The notes beneath the pieces were generated by a model. That model worked only from the letters and a program-made list of their open reading frames with translations, was not told the DNA's origin and did no database searches. From Octopus sinensis (Eukaryota): a DNA stretch of 41,038 bases. Positions within the stretch are counted from its first letter, which is position 1, and each line of letters begins with the position of its first letter. The stretch is taken from assembly GCF_006345805.1 (NCBI RefSeq), contig NW_021826237.1:1-41038 (forward strand). The letters are read 5' to 3'. The translations under genes and the position numbers were made by a program. Shown in pieces: positions 1 through 11,818 of the stretch.

Positions 1-52
1 CTATCTTTTATTTCCCTCGCCCAATGGAATACCGAATTGGCACACGTAACAT

Positions 53-171
53 ATACTCTCTCTCTCTCTCGCTTCCTTTCTCTTTCTCTTTTTTTCTCTC
101 TCTCATTCTCTCTCTCCCTCTCTCTCTCACTCTCTCTCTCTCTCTCTCTCTCTTTCACTCTCTCTCTCTCT
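53..171. repeat. (CT)n microsatellite
   Basis: Direct CT/TC tandem run; explains the SLSL ORFs. Confidence 0.95.
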
Positions 172-590
172 CCATTATTGTGTTTCCCCCCCCACTTTCT
201 CCGTCACATATGCGGTTACCTTTAAATGATGCATAAATATAAAGGGAGACAGGAAAATACAATCGGCACCCAATCGGAGAAAAGTTACCACCCACACTTA
301 ACTGTTATCTTGGGTGGAGTCGAGACTGGGTTTCCGTAAACCGTTTATGCAAGAGGAGCAAATGAGACACTGAGCCGAATGCGCATCCTGGTTCGATTCC
401 TATTTGAATTAATTTCATTTAAACTAACTATACCAATACAATCTAGCTCTTAGTACAGGCATGCACATCACAACATCAGTTTTTTTTCTGTTTTGCAAAG
501 GATTCAGCGTACAAACTGAATAATAATGAGAATGAAAAGATGGGATGGCCAATGCTAGAATATCTTTGATCATATTATTTCTGCTCGATT

Positions 591-815
591 GAAGGCGGCG
601 AGCTGGCACGCTGGACGAAATGCGTAGCCGTATTTTTTCTGACGATACGTTCTGAGTTCAAATTCCGCCGAGGTCGACTTTGCCTTTTATCCTTTCGGGG
701 TCGGTTAGATAAGTACCAGTTACGCACTAGGGTCGTTATAATCGACTTAATCCCTTTGTCTGTCTTTGTTTGTCCCCTCTATGTTTAGCCCCTTGTGGGT
801 AATAAAGAAATAAGA
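591..815 (+). mobile_element. tRNA-derived SINE family A, first unit of a tandem dimer
   Basis: Head GGCGGCGAGCTGGCA, B-box-like GAGTTCAAATT, core GAGGTCGACTTTGCCTTT(T/C)ATCCTTTCGGGGTCG shared with about 10 other copies in the window. Confidence 0.9.
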
Positions 816-1029
816 AACGTTAGCACGCTGGGCAAAATACTTAGCGGTATTTCGTCTGCCGTTACGTTCTGAGTTCAAATTCCGCCGAGGTCGACTTTGC
901 CTTTCATCCTTTCGGAGTCGATTAAATAAGTACCAGTTACACACTGGTCGATGTAATCGACTTAACCCCTTCGTCTGTCCTTGTTTGTCCCCTCTATGTT
1001 TCGCCCCTTGTCGGCAATAAAGAAATATA
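816..1029 (+). mobile_element. SINE family A, second unit of the tandem dimer (5' clipped)
   Basis: Repeats the 591-815 sequence from ACGTTAGCACG to AATAAAGAAATA. Confidence 0.9.
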
Positions 1030-1367
1030 TCTCTGCTCGATTCATCCCCTCAACGAAATAACGAACATAAATAAGCTCGGAGATCTGATGCGAGAGCCTT
1101 TACACAGTTGATCGACCGGCTAACAGTAATAGCTACGCAGACCGAGCTATAGAAAATGAATCGGGAATGTATTTGGTCATAATAAGACTTTTCAATCTGA
1201 CCGTTCGCACAAACATTGAGCAATTCCAATAAAGTCGGTTTATTTTCAAAAATTGTTTCACCAATTTTTTTAACGTTTCCATTGGTTAAATTTTCCAAGC
1301 AATATTTCTATTTTTTGTATTTGGTTCGCAAGATTCTTTATGTGAATTCGTATATTGAAGCATATTT

Positions 1368-1656
1368 CATTGTGTCTGGGGAGAGTCATTCTCTTTTAGT
1401 GCCTTATAATTTAACACACACACCGGTTCGATTTCCACTCATTTAGTTTTTTTCTCTTTCTAACATTTTCGTGGCGTCTTTTCAATAGTCGTTGACTCTG
1501 TCTGTTATCAGGAGTCAATGGCTATTGAAAAGGCTATTGCAAAACGCCACAAAATTTTTAGAGAAAAAATAAATAACTAAATGAGTGGAAATCGAATCGG
1601 TGAGTGTGTTAAATAATAAGGCACTAAAAGAGAAAGCCTCTCCCCGGACACAATGA
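1368..1656. mobile_element. Foldback/MITE-like long inverted repeat
   Basis: 1368-1448 is the reverse complement of about 1575-1656 with few mismatches; inner arms 1479-1498/1512-1531; 13-nt loop. Confidence 0.75.
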
Positions 1657-1775
1657 GAGATGTCAAGCATAATAGTCTTGCATATAATTCGAAATATTAT
1701 TTATTGATTAGAGATTAAGTGGATTTATATAAGCTTCAGCGGCATCTGTAACTATATCCGATATAACAGTGACAT

Positions 1776-1870
1776 TACCATCATCATCATCATCGTCATC
1801 ATCATCATCATCATCATCATCATCACCACCATCATCATCATCATCATCATCACCACCATCATCATCATCT
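1776..1870. repeat. (CAT/CAC)n microsatellite
   Basis: Direct tandem run. Confidence 0.95.
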
Positions 1871-2039
1871 TAGGTTTCATTCTATTTTCACTCTCTCTCT
1901 CTCTCTTTCTTTCTTCTTTTCTTTCTTTCTTCTCTCGCGCTCTCTCTCTCACTCTCTCTCCCAGACCCCTTCACACACACACGCACGTGTGCGGTGCGTG
2001 CGTTTATGTACGTATCCATGTATGTATGTATATATATAT

Positions 2040-2081
<42 letters not shown>

Positions 2082-3055
2082 TAAATATCGCCTCAAGGCG
2101 TATGTATATGTTTGGGAGAAAGTGAACCACCGAGAAAGAAAGAAAGAAAGAAAGAAAGAAGGAAAGAAAGAAAGAAAGAAAGTGTGTGTAACTGTATATA
2201 GAGTCCACATGTTCGTGCTATGAATGATATTTCGTTCGTTTCATGGCTTCGCATTTATTATGCAAATGAGTTGTTTTAATGGCCACAGCACCGGATATTG
2301 GCTTACTGGATTATCTGAGGGTGAGACAAGCCAAGAGGAGATTGAGGCAGGATGGATGTTTTGAGCAGTGTTATAAATAAGACCAGACTCTATAGATGGA
2401 AATTATTTCATTCTTCTCATGTATACACGCATTAATTTGCATACAGTTCGGAGATGATGTGATGGTGTTTGTTGTGTTTTGTGTTGTTTTTTTTTGTTCT
2501 ATTTTTCACTTTCACTTCCTCATTTTGGTTTCACCATTAATTTCTAGAATAATCTAATAACATCGCTTTCTCAAAAGGCCTATTTATATAAGCATCACCA
2601 TCGCCAATGTCATTATCATCACGACACCACCACCAACAACAATAACACCACCAGCAGCAACAAGAACAACAACAGCAACAACACAACCACCAATTTCACC
2701 TTACTACTACTACTAATACTACTACTACTACTAGTACACCTACTACTACATCTTCCAAAAAATGGTACTACTACTAATAATAATAATTTTACTATTACCA
2801 CTAATAGCACTACTACTATTACTACTTCTGCTACTACTACTACAACTACTACTGCAGCTGCTGCTGCTACCACTACTACTAATAACAACAACTACATTAA
2901 TCGCAAATAATTGCTAAAAGCGAACGGACATTTTAAGATATCGATCACTAAACGCCAACCGCCAGCACCACCACCACCACCGCCACCACTACAACAACAT
3001 TGCCACTGCTAACACCAATATTCTTTTCTACATATATACATATATACATACATAT

Positions 3056-3099
<44 letters not shown>

Positions 3100-3124
3100 G
3101 TGTGTATCTATGTCTTTGTTGCTT

Positions 3125-3340
3125 GTATCTGTCTTTTCCCGCCACCATCGCTTGACAACCGATGATGGTGTGCTTACGTCCCTGTAACTTAGCGGTTCGG
3201 CAAAAATGAGACCGATAGAATAAGTAGCAGATTTAAAAGAAAAAAAATAAGTATTAGGGTCGACCTGTTTGGCTAAAATCTTTCAAGGTGGTGCCCCAGC
3301 ATGGCCGAAGTCCAAGGAGGACTGAAGCAATTAAATGAGA
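3125..3340 (+). mobile_element. SINE family B, 3' half
   Basis: CATCGCTTGACAACCGATG...AACTTAGCGGTTCGGCAAAA...GGTGCCCCAGCATGGCCG matches the 3' half of full copies at 17531 and 21203. Confidence 0.85.
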
Positions 3341-3462
3341 GAATACAAAAGATAGATTAACAGCAACACCAGCTATCATACATCCCCCATACAACCACTT
3401 TCAGGCAACCACGTTTCTGTCTTGCGATCATTTCATTCTCTCCATCTTATATATATATATAT

Positions 3463-3842
3463 ACTACAGTATCTGCCCGGCGTTGCTCAGGTTTGTAAGG
3501 TAAATAACTATAAAGCATTTTAGAGAGTTTATACCAAAAAATAGCAAAAAATGGAAAAAAAATGATTGTAAAATTTTTTTTGAGGGTTAAAAAAGGTCGA
3601 GTTGCGTCCCCTAGACAGTCTGTGGTTTGTGTTTCTGATTCTCGACCCCATGTCGAATTTATCGATTTTTTTCAGACCCGGGGGGAACTTTTCAAAATTT
3701 TCGCTGCGTTAGTTTTGACTTAGACATTGGGCTATGTGTGTGTCAAGTTTCATCAGAATCAGTTGAAAGCCGTGGTCAGGGTGAGGGTACAACCAACAGA
3801 CCACGAAACACACAACAGACAAACTGCCGTTTATATATAGAT
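3463..3842 (+). mobile_element. Non-autonomous Helitron/Helentron-like element (HINE/DINE-like)
   Basis: Starts ACTACAGTATCTGCCCGGCGTTGCTCAGG and ends CAGACAAACTGCCGTTTATATATAG|AT, between (TA)n runs. The termini resemble DINE-1/HINE-type elements; classification is from recalled architecture only. Confidence 0.45.
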
Positions 3843-4000
3843 ATTATATATATATATATACATACATATATATTTATAAAACGGTAAATAACAAAAGAAA
3901 GAAATAGACCTCAATATATGTAAATAGAGGAAATTTATCTATACAAAATATGTTCATTACTCGGTAGTCCAGAAAACCTTAGTTTCAGATGCCGAAGTGG

Positions 4001-4038
<38 letters not shown>

Positions 4039-4375
4039 CAGCAAAATTTAGGAACGGCCATAATAGGCCATTCAACCCACTAGAAATAACAGCCAAAGCT
4101 TCAACCGCAAAACAATATTAATTCCGTAAACCAGGAGAAAATATATATATATATATGTACCTATGTATGTATATTTGTATAGATATGTATATAAACACAC
4201 ATATACATCCATGTGTATACGCATGTGTTTACTCTTCATAATCCTCTACTTCTATCATCCCCATTCCCCTATTACTTATGTTTCTGTATTATGATGATGG
4301 TTATGAGTGTATGTGTGATAGAATGATTACAGGGATTGCATTCGAGTGTGAGTGTAAGCGTGGAGTGTAGATCAA

Positions 4376-4570
4376 TCAGTTAGGGAGTTCGTTGTCAAAG
4401 TGTAGCGAAGACATCTCGGTAAGCCTTTTGCATGTAATTTTGTTTATTTATTTTAGCTTTCTTTCTTTCTTTCTTTTATTTATTTATTTGTTTATTATTT
4501 TTGGCAGATCTGGAAGAAACTGAGAAGCTAATTTGAGCCGAATGAACCAATGACACAACGAAGAAGAGGT
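4376..4570 (+). other. Candidate transcript 5' end: Inr-like TCAGTT, short exon, 89-nt intron, 61-nt exon
   Basis: TCAGTT 4376-4381; donor G|GTAAGC 4419; T-rich tract then TTGGCAG| 4507; exon 4508-4568 then |GTGACT. No homology recognised. Confidence 0.3.
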
Positions 4571-4952
4571 GACTGCCTGGCAGATCCCGTGGGGAAGGGG
4601 TTTGTTAGTCAAGATTGACAACTAACTTAATATATAGAGAGCAAAGCTCGATGGCTGGTAACCTCACAGGCCAGCTGGTCGGCCGGCTGGTTGGCTGGTT
4701 GGCTGATTAGATTGTGCATTCAGTATAGGAGGTTATTGGTCGAGTGGGGGTGGTGTTTGCTCACGATAGGGTTTTTTTTTTTTCTTTTTTTTTTTGTCTT
4801 AGGAAGGTTCTGCTGCCAAATGACTCACTCGGAAATTGCAGAGAAGAATCTACGTTTGAGCTACGCTGGCGTGAAATTGGCGTCTTAACAAGACAAACAG
4901 ATATGTTAGCAGATATGGACGCAAGCGTATAAAGATAAATGCACAAACACAC

Positions 4953-4997
<45 letters not shown>

Positions 4998-5405
4998 TAA
5001 ACACACACACACACACACTCACACACATATGCATGCCAACCAATGCCTGTATTTACATATTTACACAAGGGGAGGAAAACACACATACACACACACACAC
5101 ACAAACGCATACAAACAGAGACATGCATGGTCACATGATACATCTATACTCAATCACACATGTATAATATAAATGAGATATGCATAACGATGATATAGAT
5201 TTATGGCGCTGTATTACCGTTGAGAGTCAGTGCGTGATGTTCAGAACACGAGTGAGTGATGCAGTGCGTGTGTAAAATTGTTTTCATTGCATATATGTGT
5301 GAGTGTGCATTTGCGTATACACATGGATGTATATGTGTGCTTAAATATATGTGTGTACAAATATACATACATAGGTACATACACACACACACACACACAC
5401 ATATA

Positions 5406-5457
<52 letters not shown>

Positions 5458-5477
5458 TATATATAATAAAAATTATT

Positions 5478-5545
5478 TGAGGGAATATTAATCCTAACTT
5501 ACAGGGAAAAATTCAATTTAGAAATACTAAATCAAATTTCACACA
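5478..5545. mobile_element. Fragment related to the Penelope-like terminal repeat at 26.0-26.1 kb
   Basis: TTACAGGGAAAAATTCAATTTAG...TAAATCAAATTT resembles 26028-26075. Confidence 0.5.
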
Positions 5546-5762
5546 ATATAATATATATATATAAAAATTACAAAAAAACCCCCCCCTTTTACCAATTCAA
5601 AATGAACAATTAAATTACACCATCTAGAAAATTACATATAATAGAAATATTGAAATTAAAATAACAATAAAATATCGATGATTAAGTAAATTGCAAAAAA
5701 TAATAAAAACGTATATAATTGGTATATATACATGTGTATGTATGTATGTATATATATATACA

Positions 5763-5870
5763 TACGACGGGCTTCTTTCAGTTTCCGTCTACCAAATCCA
5801 CCCACAAGGGGCCACGCAGTGGGAATGAACCCGGAACCATATGGTTGGTAAGCAAGCTAGTTACCACACC
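5763..5870 (-). mobile_element. SINE family B, 5' half with internal deletion
   Basis: Reverse complement of the head and ...TGGATTTGGTAGACGGAAACTGAAAGAAGCCCGTCG. Confidence 0.85.
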
Positions 5871-6230
5871 TTCTTGCTTTTATTTCGAATTATATAAATA
5901 TGGACATTTAACATTTTAGTAGGGAAAATATAAGTTAAACTATTACACAAACAGGTATGACTGAAATTTCGAAGTTTTTACTGTGTGTGTGCGTGTGTAT
6001 GTATGTGGGTGCATGCGTTTGTGTATATGCGTGTATGTGTGTGCGTATATCTACATGTGTGAGTATGTATGTACGTATGTATATATTCCTTTACTTGTTT
6101 CAGTCATCTGACTACGACCAAGCTGTGTATTTGTATATAATATATACACATACATATATATGTATGTGTGTATATACATGTATATATATGTATATGTATG
6201 TATGCATGTGTGTGTATGTATGTATATATA

Positions 6231-6550
6231 GGCGTAGGCGTGGCTGTATTGTAAGAGATGTTGCTTCTCAACCACATGGCACCGAGTTGAGTCTCACAGT
6301 GTAACACCTTGTACAAGTAACATTTACTATATAACCTCGTGCCATCCAAGGCCTTGAGAATGGATTTGTATGATCATGTATTTACGTCCCTTCAACTTAG
6401 CAGTTCGGCCCTAAGTGAGCGATAGAATAAGTACTAGGGTTACAAAGAATAAATCTTGAGGTCGAATTCTTCGACTAAATAATTCCTTCAAAGCGGTGCT
6501 CCAGCACGGCCGCAATCAAATGACTGGAACAAATAAAAAATAAAAGAATA
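6231..6550 (+). mobile_element. SINE family B, degenerate copy
   Basis: GGCGTAGGCGTGGCTGT head and GCGGTGCTCCAGCACGGCCGC...AATGACTG tail. Confidence 0.8.
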
Positions 6551-6554
6551 TAGG

Positions 6555-6589
<35 letters not shown>

Positions 6590-6701
6590 GTGCGTGCGTA
6601 TGTGCACGTGTGTGCGCGTGCATGTGTGTATGCATGAAAACGAGATTACATATCTATGTTCACATGAGTGCGCGTTTGTGCGTATTAACACAGCAAAGAG
6701 T

Positions 6702-6729
6702 GGTAGTAGTAGTAGTAGTAGTAGTAGTT

Positions 6730-6773
<44 letters not shown>

Positions 6774-6798
6774 GGTGGTGGTGGTGGTGGTGGTGGTG

Positions 6799-6845
<47 letters not shown>

Positions 6846-6846
6846 T
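6702..6846. repeat. Compound (TAG)n(TGG)n(TAG)n microsatellite
   Basis: Direct tandem run. Confidence 0.95.
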
Positions 6847-7209
6847 TTTCGCACTCAAGTCGACTTAGCTCCGTGCGCACCAACCATTTGGTATTCACAT
6901 GAGCAAAATGAACGAACCAATCAGCATTCAGCATCCCTAAATGTCTGCCAGTGCGCGAACACACACACGCACACATACACTCATACACACATACACACAC
7001 ACAGGTACGAACGCATACACTAATGAATAAACACACACGTACATCAAAAGGTGTTAGCGTACGCGTTTGTGTGTATGTAAGTATGCAAATGTATACACAC
7101 TACCTATGTATATATAAATATATATAGGTAGTGTGTATTATACATATATATTATTATAAATATACATACATAGATATACACACATATACATACACACACA
7201 TACATATAT

Positions 7210-7251
7210 ATATTATCGTTATTATCGTTATTATTATTATTATTATTATTA

Positions 7252-7288
<37 letters not shown>

Positions 7289-7299
7289 CATCATTATCA

Positions 7300-7366
<67 letters not shown>
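7210..7366. repeat. (ATT/ATC)n microsatellite
   Basis: Direct tandem run. Confidence 0.95.
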
Positions 7367-7368
<2 letters not shown>

Positions 7369-7634
7369 GAGAGGTTTAATGGATATAAATTAATTCCTTT
7401 ATTAATTAACATTGCCTGCAATTGTTTCAATATACACGGAAACAATTGTAGGCAATGTTAATTAAAAAATTAATCAATTTGTATCTCAATCTCTCTATTT
7501 TCTTACTTAATAATATTTGATATTTATAATATATTTATTGAAGGAATAATTCTTAAACAATATAATATGTATTAAACCAGTGCACCTTGGATGGAACCAT
7601 CCTTATAAGTGGTTGAAACATCCTCGTTTTGACG

Positions 7635-7695
<61 letters not shown>

Positions 7696-8062
7696 TATAT
7701 ATATATCATAGATTGATAGATAGATAGATGTAGGTGTATATATATATATATATATATAAGTATATATATATACTATTATATGTATAATACTATATATATA
7801 TATATTAATATATGATATACATATACTGAACATATACACACACACACACATATAATACACGTGCATGTATGTATGATGTATGTATTTTTGTATGTATGCA
7901 TGTATATATGTATATCTACATATATATATATATATATAAATGAATGTTTTTATATATAATGAACGTGAAATACAGGAAGGGACGAACACGGAACACAGAC
8001 AAATCATTCGAAGCCTTCAATCTTCAGTCAGACACCGAATCATAGCAAATTTCGGCTGTTCA

Positions 8063-8129
<67 letters not shown>

Positions 8130-8137
8130 GTGGTGGA

Positions 8138-8497
8138 GAGAGTATAGTAATTACTCTGTTCTTGCTTTTAGTTACTAATATAGAAACGTTACTCGCTGAT
8201 ATAATTACGACAAGGAATGAAAATTGAGCACTTTACAACTCACTATGATCTTTTCAAAAACATTGATTTTCAAAGTCTCTTCCATCTAGGTCGACTTAGC
8301 CTTTTTTTAAATTTCTGAATCAATAAAATAAGTAGTTAAACAATGGAGCCGATGTATTTAAACAATGGGGTAGATGTCACCACCGTCACCACCACATTCT
8401 TCACCACTATCACCACCGCCTTCACATCCCCCCCACACACACAATTTCAGGTGTTGTGCCTATAACAGAAAAGATTTTTAAAGATTTTCAAAGATTG
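8138..8497 (+). repeat. Local direct duplication, copy 1 (about 350 bp, includes a degenerate SINE-A)
   Basis: GAGAGTATAGTAATTACTCTG...GTGCCTATAACAGAAAAGATTTT recurs about 1.42 kb downstream. Confidence 0.9.
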
Positions 8498-8530
8498 GGC
8501 CAGAGCGAAATCTTACTTTTCTTTAAATAG

Positions 8531-8605
8531 ATTTTTCTGTATAAAGCGACATAACATATATCTGTCATATACAGATATATATTGTGTCGCTTTATACAGA
8601 AAAAT
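8531..8605. other. 35-bp-arm palindrome/hairpin with 5-nt loop
   Basis: 8531-8565 matches the reverse complement of 8571-8605 at 33 of 35 positions. Confidence 0.85.
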
Positions 8606-8670
8606 TATTTCTATTGTTGTTGGTCTTGTAGCTCCAAGTTGCTTTCGTAGATATACAAGCTTTTTTTTTT

Positions 8671-8995
8671 CCACCTACATTGCACATAATTTTAGAATGC
8701 AAAAGTATTTTGGTAAAAATCTCTAAATAAAGATGGCGGTGTAATCAAATATCTTTTTCGCATATCCGGTTGTAACTAAAACAAAATTAAAAGCAGCCAT
8801 TTTTTAAATCCTTCCGCCCTATTCCATTTTTGTTGGACCGCAAATTAGAGAAGTGATGAAAGATGACAATTTTGAGAAAAATATGTCTGAATTTGATTTA
8901 GAAGTCTGGCAGACATACTAAATGTGTCGTTTGAAACTATTCTGGGAAATGTAAAATCCTCAGATTACAAGGAATTGACTAAAAGACACTTGGGG
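8671..8995 (+). pseudogene. Degenerate DNA-transposase fragment, Chapaev/CMC-like
   Basis: Frameshifted translation PPTLHIIL...KSLNKDGGVIKYLF...YPVVTKTKLKAAIF...IFVGPQIREVMKDDNFEKNMSEFDLEVW...ILGNVKSSDYKELT follows the LPPLHIKLG...GIFVGPQIR...FLGN...YKEL motif order of this family. The superfamily name is from recall. Confidence 0.7.
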
Positions 8996-9240
8996 AAAAA
9001 TATATAAAACGGATATATTTCGTTTCTGATAGAGGACAAGAATGCAGATTGTTATTATATTTGTTCTTGATCTTGTTTTTGTTCTTATTGGATGTTATTG
9101 AGCACTCACGTCCACTCTGATTAAACAAGTTTATTATCAAAGAATTTCCTACCTTCCAGCCATGCCTATCTCGTCTTTTATATTCAATTAGTTATTATAT
9201 AATATCATGTACTTCAATAATTCATTCTACTGTAAGTACA

Positions 9241-9431
9241 AGGCATGAAATCTTGAGAGAGGGTGCTAGTCAGTTACATCAACCCCAGTACTCAAATGGT
9301 ACTTAATTTATCGAGCCCGACAGGGTGAAAGGCAGAGTCGACCTCCACAGAATTTGAACTCAGAACGTAAAGCGGACGAAATACCGCTAAGTATTTTATT
9401 CGACCTGTTAACGATTCTGCCAATACGCCAT
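9241..9431 (-). mobile_element. SINE family A, degenerate
   Basis: AAAGGCAGAGTCGACCTC...AATTTGAACTCAGAACGTAA is the reverse complement of the family A core. Confidence 0.85.
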
Positions 9432-9561
9432 ATCCTTTTGCTGTTGAAGACTCTAGCGTGACGGTTAAGGGAGCAATGCTTACTGCCTCTAGTGCGTCGA
9501 ATAACAGCATAGAGGATCTTTTATTGGTTCTAATCCAGGTTTGTTTTAGAGATGTGTTGAG

Positions 9562-9898
9562 GAGAGTATAGTAATTACTCTGTTCTTGCTTTTAGTTACT
9601 AATATAGAAACGTTTCTAGCTGATATAATTACGACAAGGAATGAAAATTTAGCACTTTACAACTCACTATGATCTTTTCAAAAACATTGATTTTCAAAGT
9701 CTCTTCCATCGAGGTCGACTTAGCCTGTTTTTAAAAAAAATTCTGAGTCAATAAAATAAGAAGTAGTTAAACAATGGGGTCGATGTCACCACCGCCACCT
9801 CCGCCACCACATCCGTCACCGCTATCACCACCGCCATCACATCCCCACCACACAATTCCAGGTGTTGTGCCTATAACAGAAAAGATTTTCAAAGTTGG
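9562..9898 (+). repeat. Local direct duplication, copy 2
   Basis: High identity to 8138-8497, with indels in the CCA-rich part. Confidence 0.9.
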
Positions 9899-10658
9899 TT
9901 TGCTTAAAAAATACCGCCATTACGTGAAATTCCTTCAGACTTTATTAGTAATTAATCTTTCATTCTATCATTAATTATTTTATATTATTTTAATGATAAA
10001 TTGACTTTATGGATACGCTAAATTCATATGTGCATGTAGGCGCGTGTATGTGTGTTTGTTTCATCTTTTTATGTACGTGTGTGCGTGCATGTGTATGCGC
10101 GTGTGTGTGTGTGTGCGTGCGTTGTAATTTATCTGTGTTTGTATATAACTTATATATAACGATAAAGTGAATTATATTGTACACTTGTAAATATGTATAA
10201 CAAATATGTATGAAAAACGTCTAGGTTTTGGTCGAATTTCGAAGAATTAGCAGTTATATCACTATTAAATTCATATCTGATTTTAAAAACCAGAAGGGCA
10301 CATTGAATAATTTACTCCATCATATGTTACACCTTTGATCATAAAACTTTCGGAACGCGTCTGACAAGGACCTACACAATAATATCTACAACATAACAAA
10401 AATGAAATTCCTAAAGGGTATTCTCTTAATGTTTTCAATTATAAGTTTCGCATGATGGCTTATTCAGCCAGATGTTCTAAATAAACTTTTACTTCAATAT
10501 TTAGAATTCTCAATAGTAAATGCCCTGTTGTTATTTTTTTTAAATGCCTTGATATAAATTTAAAAACAAAAGATACGAGCAAATTCACGCACATATACTC
10601 ATATACAGATCGCTAGCCACTACACATATTTTTTTCTCTCCTTGTTTTTTCTGTGTCC

Positions 10659-10694
10659 CTTTCTGTAGAAGAGCGTAGGCTCGAAACGTAAAAG
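10659..10694 (+). ncRNA. Minimal type I hammerhead-like motif, degenerate (Penelope-type)
   Basis: CTTT-CTGTAGAA-GAGC(GTAG)GCTC-GAAAC-GTA|AAAG: stem I CUUU/AAAG, 4-bp stem II, loopless ACGU stem III. Core A6 is replaced by U. Confidence 0.6.
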
Positions 10695-10835
10695 ACTTTA
10701 CGATAGTCAAAATAGTCTTTTACGATAAAATGGTAAAACAGGTCAGTTGATCCCAAATTCTTAGTAAACTAAATATATCTTTTTCTATATACTACCAAAA
10801 CAAACATGATTTTTAATGAAATACTAATAGGTTTT

Positions 10836-11060
10836 ATGAACTTGTTAATAATTTCTCGAAAAAATTTTTTCTGTAAACTGTTTTTAACATTTTCTTATTA
10901 TTATCAAAGAATGTATATATGTATTGTAATTTTTTGTGCCCAATATTTAATGAACTTTTTTAATATTTTCCCAAGATTTTTCCTTGTAAACTGTTTTTAA
11001 CGTGTTCTTATTATTATCAAAGGATGTATATATGTATTGTAAGATTTTGTGATAACCAGT
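10836..11060. repeat. Two-copy tandem repeat, period about 113 bp
   Basis: GTAAACTGTTTTTAAC...TTCTTATTATTATCAAAG(A/G)ATGTATATATGTATTGTAA at 10873 and 10986. Confidence 0.85.
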
Positions 11061-11216
11061 ACCTAACACGACAAAGCTTTTACATGATTACTTTTGACAA
11101 TCTTTTTCTAAAAAAGTGAAACCGGTCAAGTGAATGAACATCTTTTAAAATTGCATTTTCAAACCTTCTTTCATATATAATTCCACTCGTGCGGTACCTT
11201 ACAACTTCACTTTGTT

Positions 11217-11257
<41 letters not shown>

Positions 11258-11263
11258 CATGCA

Positions 11264-11463
11264 CAGTAATCCCACGAATATCGCGGTTGTTACGTTCCAA
11301 AACGCCCCGCGATGTAGAAACAGTATTGTAATGTATATATGTTTAAAATTATTTTTATAATTTATATATATTTATTTTATTATAAATGCAAGACAACACC
11401 ACAGAGGAACCGACGTAAGCTTAAGTAATAAACCGCGATATGTAACCGCGATATGGCGAGATT

Positions 11464-11467
<4 letters not shown>
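11264..11467. mobile_element. pogo/Tigger-type MITE
   Basis: Imperfect TIRs CAGTAATCCCACGAATATCGCGGTT and AACCGCGATATGGCGAGATTACTA; about 200 bp, no ORF, between TA-rich microsatellites. Confidence 0.7.
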
Positions 11468-11517
<50 letters not shown>

Positions 11518-11532
11518 ATATATAATATATAT

Positions 11533-11563
<31 letters not shown>

Positions 11564-11567
11564 AATT

Positions 11568-11599
<32 letters not shown>

Positions 11600-11818
11600 T
11601 GTATGTATGTATGTATGTATGCATGTATGTATGTATGTAGATAGATAAACACATACACGCAGTAAACGTACAACATACAGAGCTTTTCTCATACATTTGC
11701 ACACATAGATCTCTCTTACTCTCTGCCTGTATCTGTCTATTATTCTCTCTTATTATCGCTCGCTCCCTCCCTCACTCACACTTCCACCCTTACTATCCTC
11801 CTACTTTCTGTTTCACAG

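Noticed and set aside
330-405. B-box-like GGTTCGATTCC suggesting a tRNA
   Set aside because: No cloverleaf or properly spaced A box could be built.
1073-1148. CTGATGCGA within short inverted repeats as a hammerhead
   Set aside because: Non-canonical core and no GAAA/NUH half.
8138-9898. LTR retrotransposon/TRIM interpretation of the direct repeats
   Set aside because: No TG...CA termini, primer-binding site or polypurine tract seen, and the repeats contain a decayed SINE.
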